Below are positions 59,822 to 64,000 of a DNA stretch of 64,000 nucleotides, piece by piece. The position numbers and the translations under genes are program-made. The stretch lies in contig JAZNKI010000031.1 of assembly GCA_045578495.1 (NCBI GenBank), positions 233 to 64,232 of the forward strand, in the 5' to 3' direction. Source of the DNA: Faecalimonas sp. Lineage in GTDB: Bacteria; Bacillota; Clostridia; Lachnospirales; Lachnospiraceae. Under the pieces are notes generated by a model, which was not told the DNA's origin, made no database searches, and saw only the letters and a program-made list of their open reading frames with translations. The first letter of the stretch is position 1; every line of letters begins with the position of its first letter.

Positions 59822-60190
59822 ATGTTGATTAAAATAGACTTTAACAGTGAAGAAGCGATTTATATGCAGGTGAGGAATCAAATTATTATGGGGATTGCGA
59901 CATCTCAAATTCACGAAGGGGATTCCCTTCCTTCGGTTCGTCAAATGGCGGATATAATCGGCATTAACATGCATACTGTTAATAAAGCGTATGCAGTGCT
60001 CCGTGAGGAAGGAATTATTCAATTAGATAGAAGGCGTGGAGCAATCGTTGCTATTGATATGAATCGATTACAAGCGTTAGAAGATATGAAGCAACAATTG
60101 AGAGTAGTTCTTGCAAAAGGAAGATGCAAGAATATCACAAAAAAAGACATCTATGATTTGGTAGATGAGATTATGAATGAATATCGTTAG
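59822..60190 (+). CDS. GntR-family regulator (YtrA-like, short)
   Basis: LPSVRQMA..IN.HTVNKAY..L..EG. Confidence 0.9.
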   Translation: MLIKIDFNSEEAIYMQVRNQIIMGIATSQIHEGDSLPSVRQMADIIGINMHTVNKAYAVLREEGIIQLDRRRGAIVAIDMNRLQALEDMKQQLRVVLAKGRCKNITKKDIYDLVDEIMNEYR

Positions 60191-60207
60191 TTGGGAGGTC
60201 GGCAGAC

Positions 60208-62634
60208 ATGCAGAAAGAGTTTACAGTACAGGCCGAGAAAGCATTAGTGACAGCGAAAAAATTGGCAAAGAAGTGGAATCATCTATATGTTGGCACAGAG
60301 CATCTTTTGTTGGCACTTCGACAAGAATACGTTGGAGTGGCAGGGCAAGTACTTGCAATGAATCATGTAGAAGAAGATGAAATCAAAAGAATTATAGAAG
60401 AATTAGTTGCCCCTGCAGAGGGTGTAAAGAAAAATAAAATTGAATTCAGTCCGAGACTAGAGTTTCTTTTGGATAATGCGTTAATGGAAGCGGTTCGTCA
60501 GAATTCGGAGCGAATTGGTACGGAGCACATGCTACTTGCAATGATGAAAGATGGAGATAGTGTGGCTACACGTATTTTAGTTACCCTCAATGCGGATTTG
60601 GGTAAAATGCAGGAAGATATTTTAGAAGCAGTAGGCATAAACCCAAAGGAATATATGGACGATGTGTTGGAAGGTGGGCGTGTACCAGGTGGTTCGTTAG
60701 AGCAATTTGCAACAGATTTGACAGCGAAAGCAGCAGAAGGAAAGCTAGATCCTGTTATTGGACGAAAAGAGGAAATTGAACGTCTTATGCAGGTTCTTAC
60801 CAGACGTGCCAAGAACAATCCATGTTTGATTGGTGAACCCGGGGTAGGTAAAACGGCTATCATAGAAGGGCTTGCAAGTCGAATTGCAGAAGGGCTTGTT
60901 CCAGAAATTATCAAAGAAAAGAGAATTCTTACATTGGATTTGTCTTCTATGGTGGCTGGAACGAAATATAGGGGCGAGTTTGAAGAGCGAATGAAGAAAC
61001 TCTTGCAAGAAGTGAAGGCAGATAAAAATATCGTTTTGTTTTTGGATGAGATTCATACAATCATTGGCGCAGGTGGTTCGGAAGGCGCATTGGATGCGGC
61101 AAACATTTTGAAACCGGCAATGTCACGAGGAGAGATTCAACTAATCGGAGCTACAACGATTACGGAATATCGAAAACATATCGAAAAAGATGCGGCATTG
61201 GAACGAAGATTTCAGCCGATTATGATTGAAGAACCAAGTGAAAAACTATGTAAGGATATTTTGCTGGGATTAAAAGAAAAATATGAGACTCATCATAGAG
61301 TTCATATTTCAGAAGAAACAATTGTTGCGGCAATCGAGTTAGCGCAACGCTATATTCATGACAGATATTTGCCAGATAAGGCGCTTGACGTACTGGATGA
61401 AGCATGTTCAAAAGTGAGCTTGAAGGGATACAAAGTTCCGGAACAATTGGAACAATTAGAGAAGACTTTGAAAGATTTGTCTTCTAACAAAGAAGAAGAA
61501 ATTAAAAACGGGAATTTTGCAGAAGCCTCACTCATTCATCAAGAACAAGAGCAGATTGTTAAGAAAATAAATAATATCAAGAGAAATTTTCAGAAAGCAC
61601 AGGAAAAAGGAAAACTATTTGTTTTAGAAGAAGATGTTGCAGCTGTAGTATCTGCATGGACGAAGATACCAGTACAGAAGTTGACAGAGTCAGAAAGTTC
61701 TAGACTTAGAAAATTGGAGACAGTCATTCATAAGCGTGTGATAGGGCAGGAAGAAGCTGTGACAGCTGTTACCAAGGCTATCAAACGTGGACGAGTAGGA
61801 ATCAAGAGTCCGAATAGACCGATTGGGTCCTTTTTGTTCCTTGGTCCTACTGGTGTTGGAAAAACGGAACTTGCCAAAGCACTTGCAGAGGCTCTTTTTG
61901 GAAAAGAGGATGCCATGGTTCGCGTTGACATGTCTGAATACATGGAAAAACACAGTGTATCTAAAATGATTGGCTCACCACCGGGGTATGTGGGGCATGA
62001 TGACGGTGGACAATTGAGCGAAAAAGTAAGAAGGAATCCATATTCAGTGGTATTGTTTGATGAGATAGAAAAAGCTCATCCTGACGTGTTTAATATTTTG
62101 CTTCAAGTATTAGATGACGGACATATAACAGATTCGCAAGGAAGAAAAGTGGATTTCAGAAACACAGTCATTATCATGACATCAAATGCAGGAGCAAAAG
62201 CGATTGTGGAACCAAAGAAGTTAGGTTTTGGAGCAAAAGAAGATGCAGCAGAGGACTATAAGAAAATGAAATCAAATGTTATGGAAGAAGTGAAGAAGTT
62301 ATTCCGCCCAGAATTCTTGAATCGTATCGACGAAACCATTGTATTCCATTCATTAAATGAAGAACATATGAAGAAGATCGTAAGTCTTATGTGCAACGAG
62401 TTGGCTGAGCGCGTGAAGAATCAATTGGGCATTTATTTGACTATTCGCGATTCAGTAAAGAAATATATCGTAGAAAAAGGTACTGATAAGAAATATGGTG
62501 CGAGACCGCTGCGACGCGCATTGCAGACAGAACTAGAAGATCGATTGGCAGAAGCTATTTTGGATGGCGCGGTACAATCGAATAGCAAAGTAACGGTTGG
62601 CGTATCAAAAGGTGAAATCAAGTTTATTTGTTAG
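60208..62634 (+). CDS. clpC: ATP-dependent Clp protease ATP-binding subunit ClpC
   Basis: Clp N repeats, GEPGVGKT, GPTGVGKT, RVDMSEYMEKH, GARPLRR. Confidence 0.95.
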   Translation: MQKEFTVQAEKALVTAKKLAKKWNHLYVGTEHLLLALRQEYVGVAGQVLAMNHVEEDEIKRIIEELVAPAEGVKKNKIEFSPRLEFLLDNALMEAVRQNSERIGTEHMLLAMMKDGDSVATRILVTLNADLGKMQEDILEAVGINPKEYMDDVLEGGRVPGGSLEQFATDLTAKAAEGKLDPVIGRKEEIERLMQVLTRRAKNNPCLIGEPGVGKTAIIEGLASRIAEGLVPEIIKEKRILTLDLSSMVAGTKYRGEFEERMKKLLQEVKADKNIVLFLDEIHTIIGAGGSEGALDAANILKPAMSRGEIQLIGATTITEYRKHIEKDAALERRFQPIMIEEPSEKLCKDILLGLKEKYETHHRVHISEETIVAAIELAQRYIHDRYLPDKALDVLDEACSKVSLKGYKVPEQLEQLEKTLKDLSSNKEEEIKNGNFAEASLIHQEQEQIVKKINNIKRNFQKAQEKGKLFVLEEDVAAVVSAWTKIPVQKLTESESSRLRKLETVIHKRVIGQEEAVTAVTKAIKRGRVGIKSPNRPIGSFLFLGPTGVGKTELAKALAEALFGKEDAMVRVDMSEYMEKHSVSKMIGSPPGYVGHDDGGQLSEKVRRNPYSVVLFDEIEKAHPDVFNILLQVLDDGHITDSQGRKVDFRNTVIIMTSNAGAKAIVEPKKLGFGAKEDAAEDYKKMKSNVMEEVKKLFRPEFLNRIDETIVFHSLNEEHMKKIVSLMCNELAERVKNQLGIYLTIRDSVKKYIVEKGTDKKYGARPLRRALQTELEDRLAEAILDGAVQSNSKVTVGVSKGEIKFIC

Positions 62635-62650
62635 ATAAAAGGAGGCACAA

Positions 62651-64000
62651 ATGGCAAAAGTGAAGAAAAGCATATTTTTTTGTCAGAATTGTGGGCATGA
62701 AGAAACAAAGTGGTTGGGTCAATGCCCGATGTGCAAAGAATGGAATACGTTTGTGGAAGAAACGGTTTCTAAAACAACTGCAGGAAATGTGAAGCAGAGC
62801 AAAGATGCGGAAATTGTGGCGCTTCGCAGTGTGGAAACAGAAAATGAAGATCGTATTCACACAGGGATTGTTGAGTTGGACCGTGTACTAGGCGGAGGAA
62901 TCGTGCCTGGATCATTAGTGCTGGTCGGAGGAGATCCTGGAATAGGAAAGTCTACATTACTCTTGCAGGTTTGCCAAAAACTCTGTAAGGAGCAACGAGA
63001 AGTGTTATATATTTCGGGAGAGGAATCTTTGAAGCAAATCAAGCTTCGTGCCAATCGCATTGGTGAATTTGAAAATGAATTATATTTGTTGTGTGAGACT
63101 AATCTGGATATAATCCGCAGTGTGATTGAAAAAAGAAAACCGTCCTTTGTGGTGATCGATTCTATTCAAACAATGTACAATGAGGAAGTTGCATCTGCGC
63201 CTGGAAGTGTTTCTCAAGTAAGAGAGTCTACCCATGTGTTGATGCAATTGGCAAAAGGATTAGGGATACCAATCTTTATAGTAGGACATGTGACAAAAGA
63301 GGGCACTGTTGCTGGTCCAAGAGTTTTGGAACATATGGTGGATACGGTATTGTATTTCGAAGGAGATCGACATGCTTCCTATAGAGTTTTAAGAGGTGTG
63401 AAGAATCGTTTTGGGTCAACGAATGAAATCGGTGTGTTTGAAATGCGACAAAATGGATTGGAAGAAGTAGAAAATCCTTCGGAATTTATGTTAAATGGTA
63501 AGCCGGAACATGCTTCTGGTTCAGTAGTTGCTTGCTCAATGGAAGGAACTCGTCCTATATTAATAGAAATTCAAGCACTTGTATGTGCTAGTAACTTTGG
63601 AATGCCACGAAGAACTGCCGCTGGAACGGATTATAATCGAGTGAATCTTTTGATGGCTGTGTTGGAAAAACGGGCAGGGCTACAATTGTCAACTCAAGAT
63701 GCATATGTGAATATTGCAGGAGGAGTAAAGATGAATGAGCCTGCGATTGATTTGGGAATTGTTATGGCATTGGTATCCAGTTATAAAAACCGACCAATCG
63801 ATGAAAAAACAATGGTTTTTGGAGAGGTTGGGTTGAGTGGAGAAGTGCGGGCAATTAGCATGCCGGAACAACGCGTGGCAGAAGCGAAAAAGCTGGGATT
63901 TGAAACTTGTATTATACCAGAAGTTTGTAAAACAGCTTTAAATTCCATAGAAGGAATGAAGATTATTGGAGTGCGAAATATTAATGAGGCAATTCAATTG
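62651..64000 (+). CDS. radA: DNA repair protein RadA/Sms (runs off window end; absent from ORF track)
   Basis: ATG after GGAGG; CQNCG..WLGQCPMC zinc finger, GDPGIGKST, KNRFG. Confidence 0.96.
   Translation, partial: MAKVKKSIFFCQNCGHEETKWLGQCPMCKEWNTFVEETVSKTTAGNVKQSKDAEIVALRSVETENEDRIHTGIVELDRVLGGGIVPGSLVLVGGDPGIGKSTLLLQVCQKLCKEQREVLYISGEESLKQIKLRANRIGEFENELYLLCETNLDIIRSVIEKRKPSFVVIDSIQTMYNEEVASAPGSVSQVRESTHVLMQLAKGLGIPIFIVGHVTKEGTVAGPRVLEHMVDTVLYFEGDRHASYRVLRGVKNRFGSTNEIGVFEMRQNGLEEVENPSEFMLNGKPEHASGSVVACSMEGTRPILIEIQALVCASNFGMPRRTAAGTDYNRVNLLMAVLEKRAGLQLSTQDAYVNIAGGVKMNEPAIDLGIVMALVSSYKNRPIDEKTMVFGEVGLSGEVRAISMPEQRVAEAKKLGFETCIIPEVCKTALNSIEGMKIIGVRNINEAIQL

Noticed and set aside
5397-63871. 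Numerous 60-200 aa antisense or out-of-frame ORFs in the track
   Set aside because: They lie within well-supported genes and show no recognisable motifs; treated as shadow ORFs.

Overview
Chromosomal window from a low-GC, probably spore-forming clostridial bacterium; gene content and order resemble Lachnospiraceae (inference). Most genes are on the + strand. It is mostly housekeeping: htpG, M18 aminopeptidase-rluF-ligA-trxA-trxB, tmRNA, a two-component system with hisH-hisF-ung, hflX, addAB, an ssp gene, ftsEX-S41 protease, pyrC-pyrF-pyrK-pyrD-purB, purA, pyrE, purE-purM-purN-purD, gntR-clpC-radA. I saw no transposase, integrase, prophage, rRNA, tRNA or CRISPR-cas. The most unusual part is the accessory block between purA and pyrE (~41.2-47.8 kb). 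It opens with a non-coding array of four 40-bp units (10-bp inverted arms around an exactly 20-nt core, alternating A/B, periods 74/85/85 bp). Then come a Cu/Zn-SOD-like gene and a putative ADP-ribose-responsive module: Macro-HTH fusion, a palindrome over the next promoter, vWA protein, ADP-ribosylglycohydrolase, an unannotated 50-aa EF-hand-loop protein and a histidine phosphatase. A separate AraC / GH123-like / HexNAc-1-kinase-like module lies at 55-58.8 kb. All calls come from reading motifs by eye; no database searches were run. Several starts were moved from the ORF track to the codon with a good RBS.
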